A DNA stretch of 64,000 nucleotides from Isoptericola halotolerans (GCF_013149785.1 NZ_JABEZU010000001.1:558001-622000), one strand, 5' to 3'; shown: positions 38,294-48,431, counted from the first letter of the stretch. Numbers and translations: made by a program. The notes: a model not told the origin generated them from the letters alone.

Positions 38294-40363
38294 TCAACGG
38301 GCAGGCGTCTCGCGCAGCACGCGGACGGCGCCGGCAGGCACGGGCAACGAGCCGCCGACGGCGCTGTCGCCGACCAGCTCGACGCCCGTCACCCCGTCGA
38401 TCGTGACGTCGTCCTCGGTGTGGTTGATGGCGAAGAGCCAGGTGGTGGCACCGTCGTCCGAGCGCCGCCGCACCAGCTCGACGCCGGCCGGGGCCTCGAG
38501 GTCGGGCCGTACCCCGGACTCCTCCACGAGGGTCCTCGCCAGGGCGTCCAGCCCTTCGCGGTCGAGCCGGGTACCCACGTACCAGGCGGTCCCGGCGCCG
38601 ACGTCGCGACGGGTCACGGCCGGACGCCCTGCGAGCGGCCCGCCGTCGTACGTCGCCACGACCTCGGTGCCGTCCAGCACGTGGGTCTTCTCGCTCCACA
38701 GGTCCGCCGTGGCGTCCCCGCCCACGGCCTTGCCGACGACCTCGACCCGCTCGTCGACCTGCAGGGGGACGAACTCCTCGGTGCGGACGCCGAGCAGGTC
38801 ACGGAACGCGCCCGGGTAGCCGCCGAGGCGGACCTGGTCGTGCTCGTCGACGATGCCCGAGAAGAACGTGATCGCCACGGTGGCGCCGCGCTCGGCGGCC
38901 GCGGCGACGTTCGCGGCCGCCTCGTCCTCCACCAGGTAGAGCGTGGGGGCGACGACGAGGTCGTAGCCGTCGAGATCGGCGCGCGGGGGCACGACGTCCA
39001 CGGACACCCCGAGGCGCCACAGCGCCGAGTACCAGGAGCGCACCTCGTCCATGTAGCGCAGGTCCTGCGTGGGGTGGGAGTCGAGCTCGGCGGCCCACCA
39101 GGCCGGGTAGTCCACCAGCAGCGCGGCCCGGGCCTCGACCCGCGAGCCGCGGACCTCGCCGAGACTCTGCAGCACGCCACCGAGCTCGACGGTGCCTCGC
39201 CACACGTCGGTGTCCGTCCCGGCGTGCGGCAGCATCGCCGAGTGGAACTTCTCGGCGCCCGCCCGGGACTGGCGCCACTGGAAGAACATGACCGAGTCCG
39301 CGCCGCGGGCCACGTGCTGCAACGAGTTGCGCAGCATCTCGGCGGGCGTCTTGGCGCGGTTGCGCGGCTGCCAGTTGACGGCCGACGTCGAGTGCTCCAT
39401 GAGGATCCACGGCTCGCCGCCTGCGACGCCGCGCGCGAGGTCGGCCGACAGGGCGAGCTCGACGTGCCGCTCGGGGTCCGCGGCGATCGTGTAGTGGTCG
39501 TTGGCGACGACGTCGAGGTCGTCGGCCCACGAGAAGTAGTCCATCCCCTTGGTGGTCGACGTCGTCATGAGGTTCGTCGTCGTGGGGACCTGCGGGGTGA
39601 TCTCGCGCAGGGTGTCGCGCAGGTCGCGGTAGTAGTCGAGCAGCGCGTCGGAGCTGAACCTGTCGAAGTCCAGCTGCTGCGTCGGGTTGGCGAACATCGG
39701 GGCGACCAGCGGCGGCAGCACGTCGTCGAAGGTGGCGTACCGCTGCGACCAGAACGCGGTGCCCCAGGCGTCGTTGAGCCGGTCGATCGTGCCGTACCGC
39801 TCGTTCAGCCACGTGCGGAACGCGGTGGCAGCGGCGTCGGAGTAGTCGCGCGGGACGTGGCAGCCGATCTCGTTGTCGACGTGCCACAGGGCCAGGGCGG
39901 GGTGGTCGCCGTAGCGCTCGGCCATGCGGGCGGTCATGCGCAGGGCGTAGTCGCGGTGCACCGGGTGGGTCACGGCGTACGACTGGCGGGCGCCCTGGTG
40001 GAGCACGGTGCCGTCGGCGCGCTGCGGCAGGATCTCCGGGTGCCGGCGGGTCAGCCACGGCGGCGGGGACGCCGTGGCCGTGGCGAGCGCGACCTGGATG
40101 CCTGCTGCGTGCAGCTGATCCATCGTGTCGTCCAGCCATCCCCACTCGAGCTCGCCCTCGCGCGGCTCGATCGTGGCCCAGGCGAAGATCGCGACGCTCA
40201 GGAGGTTGACGCCGGCCTCGCGCATGAGGTGGAGGTCCTCGGCGCGGACGTCGGCGGGCCACTGCTCGGGGTTGTAGTCGCCACCGAAACCGAGACCGTC
40301 GATCCGTGCGTTCCAGGGGGTGACGGCGGCGGGGTCGAAGGTGGGGGAGGTGCGTCGTCGCAT
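38294..40363 (-). CDS. GH42 beta-galactosidase (second paralog)
   Basis: FGGDYNPEQW, WHVDNEIG, WILMEHSTSAVNW, GAEKFHSAMLPH. Confidence 0.94.
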   Translation of the reverse strand: MRRRTSPTFDPAAVTPWNARIDGLGFGGDYNPEQWPADVRAEDLHLMREAGVNLLSVAIFAWATIEPREGELEWGWLDDTMDQLHAAGIQVALATATASPPPWLTRRHPEILPQRADGTVLHQGARQSYAVTHPVHRDYALRMTARMAERYGDHPALALWHVDNEIGCHVPRDYSDAAATAFRTWLNERYGTIDRLNDAWGTAFWSQRYATFDDVLPPLVAPMFANPTQQLDFDRFSSDALLDYYRDLRDTLREITPQVPTTTNLMTTSTTKGMDYFSWADDLDVVANDHYTIAADPERHVELALSADLARGVAGGEPWILMEHSTSAVNWQPRNRAKTPAEMLRNSLQHVARGADSVMFFQWRQSRAGAEKFHSAMLPHAGTDTDVWRGTVELGGVLQSLGEVRGSRVEARAALLVDYPAWWAAELDSHPTQDLRYMDEVRSWYSALWRLGVSVDVVPPRADLDGYDLVVAPTLYLVEDEAAANVAAAAERGATVAITFFSGIVDEHDQVRLGGYPGAFRDLLGVRTEEFVPLQVDERVEVVGKAVGGDATADLWSEKTHVLDGTEVVATYDGGPLAGRPAVTRRDVGAGTAWYVGTRLDREGLDALARTLVEESGVRPDLEAPAGVELVRRRSDDGATTWLFAINHTEDDVTIDGVTGVELVGDSAVGGSLPVPAGAVRVLRETPAR

Positions 40364-40377
40364 GGCCGAAGTCTGCC

Positions 40378-40391
40378 ATAAATCGATTCAA
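40378..40391. promoter_or_regulatory. Rhamnose-regulon-type LacI operator
   Basis: ATAAATCGATTCAA (minus strand TTGAATCGATTTAT), 14 nt upstream of the GH42 start; 13/14 match to the 41716 site. Confidence 0.7.
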
Positions 40392-40423
40392 ACTCCGAGC
40401 CCGGGGCGACGAACCGGGCGGCC

Positions 40424-41440
40424 CTACGGCGCTCGGGTGGTGGAGGACTCGCGGACGACCAGCTCCGGCTTGAACACCACGTGCTCGGCCGGCGCGTCGG
40501 TGCCGCGCAGCATCATGTCAGCAGCGCGGGCGCCGAGCTCGTGACGCGGCTGGCGCACCGAGGTGAGCGGGGTGGCGAGCTCCGCCGCGAAGGTGACGTC
40601 GTCGTACCCGACCAGCGCGACGTCGTCGGGCACCGAGACGCCCGCCCGCCGCAGCGTCCGCAACGCACCGAGGGCGACCAGGTCGTTCACGCAGAAGACG
40701 GCGGTCGGGCGGTCGTCGGCCTCGAGCAGGGCGCGGATGCCGGTCTCGCCACCGTTCGCGTCGAGCGGGACGGTGACCTCGACGAGCGCCGCGTCCGGGT
40801 CGCGACCTGCGTCGGCGAGCGCCCGACGGGCGCCCTCGAGGCGATCGGCGCACTGGCGTATGGAGTGCGTGCCGTTGAGGAACGCGATGCGGGTGTGCCC
40901 CTGGTCGAGCAGGTGGCGGGTCGCCAGCGCCCCGCCGAGCACGTCGTCGACGGCCACGGAGGACACCGAGTCCACCGGTGAGGGGTGGTCCAGCAGGACG
41001 ACGCCGATCCCGCGCTCGCGGACGGCGAGCAGATGGTCGATCGACTCGCCCGTGGGGACCACCATGACCCCGCGCACGCCGTGCTCCTCGAAGAGTCGCA
41101 GGTACCGGGCCTCGCGCTCGGGCTCGCGGTCAGAGCTGGCCACCATGAGCGTGTAGTCGTCGGCCGTGAGCCGTTCCTCGATGCCGCGGGTCACGTCGGT
41201 GAAGAACGGGTTCGAGATGTCGAGCACGATCGCCCCGACGGTCGTGATGCGCCCGGCCCGGAGCTGGCGGGCCGAGCCGTTGCGGACGAACGACAGCTCG
41301 GCGATCGCGGCCTCGACGCGCTCGCGGGTGGTGGGGGAGACCCGGTCGGGCCGGTTGAGGACGTTGGAGACCGTGCCGACGGACACGCCGGCACGACGCG
41401 CGACATCGGCGATCGACGTGCGCCGGGTGCGGGGCGACAT
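40424..41440 (-). CDS. LacI family regulator (rhamnose repressor by context)
   Basis: SIADVARRAGVSVGTVSNVLNRPDRV, FVRNGSARQLRAG, VGYDD, PLTSVRQP. Confidence 0.93.
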   Translation of the reverse strand: MSPRTRRTSIADVARRAGVSVGTVSNVLNRPDRVSPTTRERVEAAIAELSFVRNGSARQLRAGRITTVGAIVLDISNPFFTDVTRGIEERLTADDYTLMVASSDREPEREARYLRLFEEHGVRGVMVVPTGESIDHLLAVRERGIGVVLLDHPSPVDSVSSVAVDDVLGGALATRHLLDQGHTRIAFLNGTHSIRQCADRLEGARRALADAGRDPDAALVEVTVPLDANGGETGIRALLEADDRPTAVFCVNDLVALGALRTLRRAGVSVPDDVALVGYDDVTFAAELATPLTSVRQPRHELGARAADMMLRGTDAPAEHVVFKPELVVRESSTTRAP

Positions 41441-41553
41441 GGGGGTCCCTCTCCTCGTCGACAGGGGCTGGTCGGGTCGTGGGGCGCGGTCGGTGACCGC
41501 ACCCAGGGATGGTAGCCGTTCGCCACGCCGTGGGGGGCGCGGACGCGCAGGTA

Positions 41554-41575
41554 GGGTGGAAACCGGTTACCACCC
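41554..41575. promoter_or_regulatory. LacI-type palindrome upstream of the rhamnose LacI gene
   Basis: GGGTGGAAACCGGTTACCACCC, near-perfect 22-bp palindrome with central CG. Confidence 0.55.
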
Positions 41576-41585
41576 CGGGCCGTGC

Positions 41586-41655
41586 GCTGCGATCGGTCCG
41601 TTCGGCAGCGCTCGGCATCTCGAGCTGCCGAGTGCTGCTCGATGTGCCGACCGGA
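41586..41655. repeat. Palindromic repeat element, copy B (intergenic)
   Basis: 55/70 identity to 24331-24400; inner stem GGCAGCGCTCGGCA / TGCCGAGTGCTGCT. Confidence 0.8.
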
Positions 41656-41706
41656 GGGCGAACGGCGCGGGGCCGGATCTTGCATCTGCCGGGGGCGCCA
41701 GGTACC

Positions 41707-41729
41707 TTGACCACATTGAATCGATTCAT
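41707..41729 (+). promoter_or_regulatory. rha operon -35 element and operator
   Basis: TTGACC (41707-12) followed by palindrome TTGAATCGATTCAT (41716-29). Confidence 0.7.
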
Positions 41730-41759
41730 AACGCGTCGACGACGATGCGAGGAGGAGCA

Positions 41760-42143
41760 ATGGAGGACGACGGCACCCGCCGCGTCATGTTCCGGTTCCG
41801 GGTTCGACCGGACCGGCTCGAGGAGTACTCGCGACGACACGCCGAGGTCTGGCCGGAGATGCTGCGCGCCCTGCACGCCACGGGCTGGCGCAACTACTCG
41901 ATCTTCACCAGCCCGGAGGGAGACGTCGTCGGCTACTTCGAGAGCAAGGACCCGGACGCCGCCCGCGCGGACATGGGCCTGTACGACGTCAACGCGCGCT
42001 GGCAGGCCGAGATGGCGGAGTTCTTCGACGGCGCCGGTCCGGACGAGTCCATGACCGAGCTCACCCCGATCTTCCACCTCGAGACACAGCTCTCCGCCGC
42101 CGAGCCGGCCCGGGACGCCGGCACGAACGCCACCCAGGACTGA
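41760..42143 (+). CDS. rhaM: L-rhamnose mutarotase
   Basis: EYSRRHAEVWPEML.AL...GWRNYSIF, VNARWQAEMAEFF. GGAGGAG RBS. Confidence 0.92.
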   Translation: MEDDGTRRVMFRFRVRPDRLEEYSRRHAEVWPEMLRALHATGWRNYSIFTSPEGDVVGYFESKDPDAARADMGLYDVNARWQAEMAEFFDGAGPDESMTELTPIFHLETQLSAAEPARDAGTNATQD

Positions 42144-42155
42144 AAGAGGACGACC

Positions 42156-43322
42156 ATGCCCCGCTTCGACGACATCACCCCGGTCCTGGACCGACTCGCC
42201 ATCGAGGTCCCCTCGTGGGCCTACGGCAACTCCGGCACCCGTTTCAAGGTCTTCTCCACGCCGGGCACCCCCCGCACCCCCGAGGAGAAGATCGCCGACG
42301 CCGCCCAGGTCCACCGGCTCACCGGCCTCGCGCCGACGGTGGCGCTGCACATCCCGTGGGACAAGGTCGACGACTACGCGGCGCTGCAGCGCTACGCGAA
42401 CGACCAGGGCGTCACCCTGGGCACCATCAACTCCAACACGTTCCAGGACGACGCCTACAAGCTCGGTTCGTTGACCCACACGGACGCGGCCGTGCGTCGC
42501 CAGGCCATCGACCACCACCTCGAGTGCCTCGAGATCATGGACGCCACGGGGTCGCAGGACCTGAAGATCTGGCTGGCCGACGGCTCGAACTACCCCGGCC
42601 AGGCCGACATCCGCACCCGCCAGGACCTGCTGCACGAGGCGCTCGCCGAGATCTACGCCCAGCTCGGCGCCGAGCAGCGCCTGGTGCTCGAGTACAAGTT
42701 CTTCGAGCCGGCCTTCTACCACACGGACGTGCCGGACTGGGGCACCTCGTACGCCCAGGTCGCCGCGCTCGGCGACCAGGCGTTCGTCTGCCTCGACACG
42801 GGCCACCACGCCCCCGGTACCAACATCGAGTTCATCGTCGCCCAGCTGCTGCGGCTCGGGAAGCTCGGGTCGTTCGACTTCAACTCGCGGTTCTACGCCG
42901 ACGACGACCTCATCGTGGGCGCCGCCGACCCGTTCCAGCTCTTCCGGATCATGGCCGAGGTCATCCGCGGCGGCGGCCTCGACGAGGGGTCCCAGGTGGC
43001 GCTCATGCTCGACCAGTGCCACAACATCGAGGACAAGGTCCCCGGTCAGATCCGCTCCGTCCTCAACGTCCAGGAGATGACGGCGCGCGCCCTGCTCCTC
43101 GACCGAGAGGCCCTGGGCAAGGCGCAGGAGTCCGGCGACGTGCTCGCCGCCAACGCGATCTACATGGACGCGTTCTACACCGACGTCCGCCCGATGCTCG
43201 CCGGGTACCGTGCCGCCCGCGGCCTCCCCGAGGACCCGATGGCGGCCTTCGCCGAGTCGGGCTACCTGCCGAAGATCGCCGCGGAGCGCGTCGGCGGGCA
43301 GCAGGCCGGCTGGGGTGCATGA
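42156..43322 (+). CDS. rhaI: L-rhamnose isomerase (actinobacterial RhaI type)
   Basis: IEVPSWAYGNSGTRFKVF, ALHIPWD, EYKFFEPAFYHTDVPDWG, DTGHHAPGTNIE, DQCHNIE. Confidence 0.96.
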   Translation: MPRFDDITPVLDRLAIEVPSWAYGNSGTRFKVFSTPGTPRTPEEKIADAAQVHRLTGLAPTVALHIPWDKVDDYAALQRYANDQGVTLGTINSNTFQDDAYKLGSLTHTDAAVRRQAIDHHLECLEIMDATGSQDLKIWLADGSNYPGQADIRTRQDLLHEALAEIYAQLGAEQRLVLEYKFFEPAFYHTDVPDWGTSYAQVAALGDQAFVCLDTGHHAPGTNIEFIVAQLLRLGKLGSFDFNSRFYADDDLIVGAADPFQLFRIMAEVIRGGGLDEGSQVALMLDQCHNIEDKVPGQIRSVLNVQEMTARALLLDREALGKAQESGDVLAANAIYMDAFYTDVRPMLAGYRAARGLPEDPMAAFAESGYLPKIAAERVGGQQAGWGA

Positions 43323-44314
43323 TCGCGGCCATGACCATCACCGACCGGGTCCTCGACGGCCCTCACGGAAACCTCCCCGTCCGCCTCTACGGGCCAGAGA
43401 CCGAGGACCCGCCGGTCGCCGGCCTGGTCTGGGCGCACGGAGGCGGATTCATGCACGGCGACCTCGACATGGCCGAGGCCGACCACGTCGCCCGCACGCT
43501 TGCGCAGCGCGGCATCGTCGTCGTGAGCGTCGACTACCGCCTGTGCCCCGAGATCGACTGGTCCGACCCGGAGGCGTCGATCGCCGCCGGAGGCGTGCGG
43601 TTCCCCGTCGCGCACGACGAGCTCGTCTTCGTGTTCCGCTGGTCCGTCGCCGCCGGGCTCGGCGCACCGGCCGGCACCTGGTCGCTGGGCGGTGCCAGCG
43701 CGGGCGGCAACCTCGCGGCAGGTGCGTCGCTGCGCCTGCGCGACGACGCCGTCCGCGAGCACCCGGAGGCGTACGGCAGGACCGCGGTCACGCCGTCGGG
43801 CACCCCCGTGGCGGACGCACCGACGTCGGGCACGGTGCAGGTGACGCCGCGCAGCGTGCTGCTCGCCTACCCGGTCGCGCACGAGCGGCTCCCGGAGCCG
43901 ACGGCGGAGCTCGCCGCGAAGATCGCGGGCCTGCCCGCGGACCGCAACTTCCCGCCCGAGGTCGTGCGCGTGATGAACGCCAACTACCTGGGGCACCGCG
44001 AGGGATCGCACTCGCCGTACGCGTTCCCCGGCGGGAGCGACCTGAGCGGGCTGCCGCCGACTCTGGTCGTCAACTCGGATCACGACGCGCTGCGGTCGTC
44101 GGGTGAGGCGTACGCCGCCGAGCTCGCCGCCGCCGGCACCGACGTGCTGGTCGCCCGCGAGGACGGCACCCTGCACGGCCACCTCAACGACCCCGAGCAC
44201 CCCGGCTGCGCCCGCAGCCTCGACCGCATGACCACCTGGCTGACCAGCCCGCTCGTGGGCACCACCCACGAGCCGCTGCTCGCCGTCCTGGACGAACCAC
44301 TACGGAGCAACTGA
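43319..44314 (+). CDS. Alpha/beta hydrolase (HSL/family IV esterase)
   Basis: HGGGF oxyanion motif, SVDYRL, GASAGG nucleophile, D.L and HG catalytic motifs. Alternative start ATG 43331. Confidence 0.9.
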   Translation: MIAAMTITDRVLDGPHGNLPVRLYGPETEDPPVAGLVWAHGGGFMHGDLDMAEADHVARTLAQRGIVVVSVDYRLCPEIDWSDPEASIAAGGVRFPVAHDELVFVFRWSVAAGLGAPAGTWSLGGASAGGNLAAGASLRLRDDAVREHPEAYGRTAVTPSGTPVADAPTSGTVQVTPRSVLLAYPVAHERLPEPTAELAAKIAGLPADRNFPPEVVRVMNANYLGHREGSHSPYAFPGGSDLSGLPPTLVVNSDHDALRSSGEAYAAELAAAGTDVLVAREDGTLHGHLNDPEHPGCARSLDRMTTWLTSPLVGTTHEPLLAVLDEPLRSN

Positions 44315-46368
44315 TGACGAACGACACCGTCGCCTCCCTCGTCGAGCGGTCCAACCGCCTGGGCGCCGACCCGAAGAACACCAACTACGCCGGGGGCAAC
44401 ACCTCCGCCAAGGGCGTGGCGACCGACCCCGTGACGGGGCAGGACGTCGAGCTGCTGTGGGTCAAGGGCTCCGGCGGGGACCTCGGTACCCTCACCGAGA
44501 AGGGCCTCGCGGTGCTGCGCCTCGACCGCATGCGGGCCCTGGTGGACGTCTACCCGGGCCTCGAGCGCGAGGACGAGATGGTCGCGGCGTTCGACTACTG
44601 CCTGCACGGCAAGGGTGGCGCGGCGCCGAGCATCGACACCGCCATGCACGGGCTGGTCGACGCCGCGCACGTGGACCACCTGCACCCCGACTCCGGCATC
44701 GCGATCGCCACGGCGGCGGACGGCCCGGAGCTCACGCAGAAGATCTTCGGCGGCAAGGTCGTGTGGGTGCCGTGGCGCCGTCCCGGGTTCCAGCTCGGGC
44801 TCGACATCGCGAAGATCAAGGCGGAGCACCCCGACGCGATCGGCACCGTCCTGGGCGGGCACGGCATCACCGCGTGGGGCGACACGGCCGAGGAGGCCGA
44901 GGCGAACTCCCTGTGGATCATCGACACCGCGGCGGCCTACATCGCCGAGCACGGCCAGGAGGAGCCGTTCGGGCCTGCCCTCGACGGCTACGGAGCCCTG
45001 CCCGCGGACGAGCGCCGTGCCAAGGCCGCCGCGCTCGCCCCCCACCTGCGCGCGATCGCCTCCCAGGACAAGCCGCAGGTCGGGCACTTCACCGACTCCG
45101 ACGTCGTCCTGGACTTCCTCGCCTCCGCGCGGCACGCGGAGCTGGCCGCGCTGGGCACGTCCTGCCCGGACCACTTCCTGCGCACCAAGGTCAAGCCGCT
45201 GGTCGTCGACCTGCCGGGCACGGCGAGCGTCGAGGAGATCGTCGAGCGCCTCCCCGCGCTGCACGAGGCCTACCGCGCCGACTACACCGCCTACTACGAG
45301 CGCGGCGCCGCCGAGGCGCGGGCGAAGGGCGAGGAGCCGCCGGCCATCCGCGGCGCGGACCCGCTGATCGTCCTCGTCCCGGGCGTCGGGATGTTCTCCT
45401 ACGGCGGCGACAAGCAGACCGCGCGCGTGGCCGGCGAGTTCTACGTCAACGCCATCAACGTCATGCGCGGCGCGGAGGCCCTGTCCACCTACGCCCCGAT
45501 CGACGAGTCCGAGAAGTTCCGCATCGAGTACTGGGCGCTGGAGGAGGCCAAGCTGCAGCGCAAGCCGAAGCCGAAGCCCCTGGCCACCCGCGTCGCGTTC
45601 GTCACGGGCGCGGCGTCGGGCATCGGCAGGGCCATCGCCGAGCGCCTGGCCGCCGAGGGCGCCTGCGTCGTCGTCGCGGACCTGGACCTGGAGAAGGCCC
45701 GCGCGGTCGCAGCCGAGATCGGGAACGCCGACGTCGCGATCGGCGTCGCGGCGAACGTGGCCGACGAGGCCGCGGTGCAAGCCGCCCTGAACGAGGCCGT
45801 GCTGGCGTTCGGCGGCGTCGACATCGTGGTGAACAACGCCGGGCTGTCCCTGAGCAAGTCGCTGTTCGAGACCACCGAGGCCGACTGGGACCTGCAGCAC
45901 GACGTCATGGCCAAGGGCTCGTTCCTCGTCGCGAAGAACGCCGCGCGCATCCTCGTGGACCAGAAGCTCGGGGGCGACGTCATCTACATCTCGTCGAAGA
46001 ACTCGGTGTTCGCCGGACCGAACAACATCGCGTACTCCGCCACCAAGGCCGACCAGGCCCACCAGGTGCGGCTGCTGGCCGCCGAGCTCGGCGAGCACGG
46101 CATCAAGGTGAACGGCATCAACCCCGACGGCGTCGTGCGCGGTTCCGGGATCTTCGCCTCCGGCTGGGGCGCCAACCGCGCCAAGACCTACGGCATCGAC
46201 GAGCAGGACCTGGGCGCCTTCTACGCCCAGCGCACCCTGCTCAAGCGTGAGGTGCTGCCGGAGAACATCGCCAACGCGGCGTTCGCCCTGTGCACGGCCG
46301 ACTTCTCGCACACCACCGGTCTGCACGTGCCCGTCGACGCGGGTGTGGCGCAGGCGTTCCTGCGATGA
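44314..46368 (+). CDS. rhaD: Bifunctional rhamnulose-1-phosphate aldolase/short-chain dehydrogenase (RhaEW type)
   Basis: GGNTSAK, KGSGGDL, PSIDT..H, HLHPD, CPDHFLRTK, EYWALEEAKL, then SDR motifs TGAASGIG and YSATK. Confidence 0.96.
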   Translation: MTNDTVASLVERSNRLGADPKNTNYAGGNTSAKGVATDPVTGQDVELLWVKGSGGDLGTLTEKGLAVLRLDRMRALVDVYPGLEREDEMVAAFDYCLHGKGGAAPSIDTAMHGLVDAAHVDHLHPDSGIAIATAADGPELTQKIFGGKVVWVPWRRPGFQLGLDIAKIKAEHPDAIGTVLGGHGITAWGDTAEEAEANSLWIIDTAAAYIAEHGQEEPFGPALDGYGALPADERRAKAAALAPHLRAIASQDKPQVGHFTDSDVVLDFLASARHAELAALGTSCPDHFLRTKVKPLVVDLPGTASVEEIVERLPALHEAYRADYTAYYERGAAEARAKGEEPPAIRGADPLIVLVPGVGMFSYGGDKQTARVAGEFYVNAINVMRGAEALSTYAPIDESEKFRIEYWALEEAKLQRKPKPKPLATRVAFVTGAASGIGRAIAERLAAEGACVVVADLDLEKARAVAAEIGNADVAIGVAANVADEAAVQAALNEAVLAFGGVDIVVNNAGLSLSKSLFETTEADWDLQHDVMAKGSFLVAKNAARILVDQKLGGDVIYISSKNSVFAGPNNIAYSATKADQAHQVRLLAAELGEHGIKVNGINPDGVVRGSGIFASGWGANRAKTYGIDEQDLGAFYAQRTLLKREVLPENIANAAFALCTADFSHTTGLHVPVDAGVAQAFLR

Positions 46369-47831
46369 GCGGCTTCGTCGCGGTCGACCTCGGGGCCACC
46401 AGCGGGCGGGTGATGCTCGGCGTGGTCGCCGGCGAGGCCGGTGGCGAACGCGTCGACCTCACCGAGGTGGCGCGGTTCGGCAACGGGCCGCTCGAGGTGC
46501 CGGCCGGCGCGACGACGGCGCTGCACTGGGACGTGCTGCACCTGTGGCGGGGGATCCTCGACGGCCTGCGCGCCGCCGGGGCCCTCGCCCGGGAGCAGGG
46601 AGTGGAGATCGCCGGGATCGGGATCGACTCCTGGGCCGTGGACCACGGGCTCTTCGCGGCCGACGGCTCCCTGCTGGGGAACCCGCGCCACCACCGCGAC
46701 CCCCGGCTCGCCGGGGTCGCGGAGGAGGTGCTCGGCAGGCTCGGTCCGGGTGAGCACTACGCGGTCAACGGGTTGCAGACGTTGCCCTTCAACACGGAGT
46801 TCCAGCTCGTGGCCGCCCGCCACGACGCGGTGTGGCCGTTGACGGAGTCGATCCGGCTGATCCCGGACCTGCTCGGCTCCTGGCTCACCGGAGTCACCGT
46901 CGCGGAGGTCACCAACGCCTCGACCACCGGGCTGCTGGACGCGACCACGCGCCGGTGGTCGCAGCCTGTCCTGGACGCCCTGGCGCGCGAGTACCCCGAG
47001 CTCGGTGACGTGCGCGCCCGGCTGGCCGACGTCGTCGAGCCGGGGACCGTGGTCGGCCACCTCACCGACGCCGTGCAGACCGCCACCGGGCTCGGGGCGG
47101 TGCCGGTCGTCGCGGTGGGGTCGCACGACACGGCCTCGGCCGTCGTGGGTGTCCCCGCCGCGGACGAGCGGTTCGCCTACGTGTCCTCGGGGACGTGGTC
47201 GCTGGTCGGTGTCGAGCTCGACGCCCCGGTGCTGACCGAGGAGAGCCGCCGCGCGAACGTCACGAACGAGCTCGGCGTCGACGGCACGGTGCGGTACCTG
47301 AAGAACGTCATGGGGCTGTGGGTGCTCTCCGAGACGCTGCGGACCTGGCGCGAGGCCGGCACCGAGGTCTCGCTCGCCGACGCGCTGGCCGCGGCCGAGG
47401 CGGCGGAGCCGGGCCGCACCGTCGTCGACGTCGACGCTGCGGAGTTCCTGCCACCCGGCGACATGCCTGCGCGCCTCGCGGCCGCGGCACGGGCGGCCGG
47501 GCAACCGGTGCCCGACGGCGTCGGGCAGGTCGTGCGGTGCATCCTCGACTCGCTCGCCGACGCCTACCGCCGGGTGCTGGCGGAGGTCACGCGCCTGTCC
47601 GGGCGCGAGGTCGACGTGCTGCACGTCGTGGGCGGCGGGTCGCAGAACGAGCTCCTGTGCCGCCTCACGGCGCAGGCGACGGGGCTGCCCGTCGTCGCCG
47701 GGCCCGTGGAGGGCGCGGCGCTCGGCAACGTCGTCGTCCAGGCGCGGGCCGCCGGGACGCTCGCGGGTGACCTGACCGCGCTGCGCGCCGTCGTGCGGCG
47801 TTCCTCCCACCTGCGCCGCTACGACCCCTGA
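46365..47831 (+). CDS. rhaB: Rhamnulokinase
   Basis: AVDLGATSGRV, GIDSWAVD, E.TNASTTGL, SHDTASAV, SSGTWSLVG, KNVMGLW, VGGGSQN. Confidence 0.95.
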   Translation: MSGFVAVDLGATSGRVMLGVVAGEAGGERVDLTEVARFGNGPLEVPAGATTALHWDVLHLWRGILDGLRAAGALAREQGVEIAGIGIDSWAVDHGLFAADGSLLGNPRHHRDPRLAGVAEEVLGRLGPGEHYAVNGLQTLPFNTEFQLVAARHDAVWPLTESIRLIPDLLGSWLTGVTVAEVTNASTTGLLDATTRRWSQPVLDALAREYPELGDVRARLADVVEPGTVVGHLTDAVQTATGLGAVPVVAVGSHDTASAVVGVPAADERFAYVSSGTWSLVGVELDAPVLTEESRRANVTNELGVDGTVRYLKNVMGLWVLSETLRTWREAGTEVSLADALAAAEAAEPGRTVVDVDAAEFLPPGDMPARLAAAARAAGQPVPDGVGQVVRCILDSLADAYRRVLAEVTRLSGREVDVLHVVGGGSQNELLCRLTAQATGLPVVAGPVEGAALGNVVVQARAAGTLAGDLTALRAVVRRSSHLRRYDP

Positions 47832-47846
47832 CCCGCGCGTGAGCGC

Positions 47847-48296
47847 TCACACGGCGTCGTCAGAAGGAGCGACGACGAACCGCGCCCAGACGTGCTTGGC
47901 GCCGTCGGGGGTCCGGTACCAGCCGACGTCGTCGGCGACCTTCAGGGTGAGCTGGAGGCCGAACCCGCCCGCGCCGAGCGCGCGGTCGAACGTGAGCACA
48001 GGAGGGTCGTCGGGCGCCCGGTCCCGCACCGAGATGGTGACGGCGGCGCCGTCACGGACCACGTCCAGGCGGGCCGGGCCGCCGGCGTGCTCCAGCGCGT
48101 TGGCGGTCAGCTCGCTGGCGATCAGGATGATGTTCTGCGACGAGGCCCGGGTGAGCCCCGGTGCCACCCCCGGCGGGTCGCACGCGCAGAGGGCGTCCTC
48201 CAGGCGCGAGCGCACCGCGGCCAGCTCGTCGACGTGCGCGACGGTCCAGCTGTCGATGAGGGTGGCGGCGATCGAGGTGACGGCGTCCTCGGTCAT
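47847..48296 (-). CDS. ATP-binding protein (HATPase_c, RsbW/anti-sigma-like)
   Basis: LIASELTANALEH, SVRD, GGFGL.L, GAKHVWA. Confidence 0.88.
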   Translation of the reverse strand: MTEDAVTSIAATLIDSWTVAHVDELAAVRSRLEDALCACDPPGVAPGLTRASSQNIILIASELTANALEHAGGPARLDVVRDGAAVTISVRDRAPDDPPVLTFDRALGAGGFGLQLTLKVADDVGWYRTPDGAKHVWARFVVAPSDDAV

Positions 48297-48431
48297 GACG
48301 TCGCCGTCGTCGTGCCGTCTGGGGTGAGCATCGCTACTCCTCGTCGTGGGCCGCCTCGGCCCCGGTCCGCGACGACACTACCTCCGTCCCGACGGGACTG
48401 CCCGTCGTGACGGGGCGGTGTGACGAACGGA

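Noticed and set aside
44080..46326. Long antisense ORFs opposite rhaD, and similar ones opposite the GH42s (18716-20998, 38420-40381), PL11 (32852-34735) and lutB (56655-58340)
   Set aside because: They mirror well-supported genes, have no motifs, and are expected in high-GC DNA.
47839..47850. GTGAGCGCTCAC palindrome resembling the 28842 operator
   Set aside because: Lies between convergent 3' ends and includes a stop codon; no promoter nearby.
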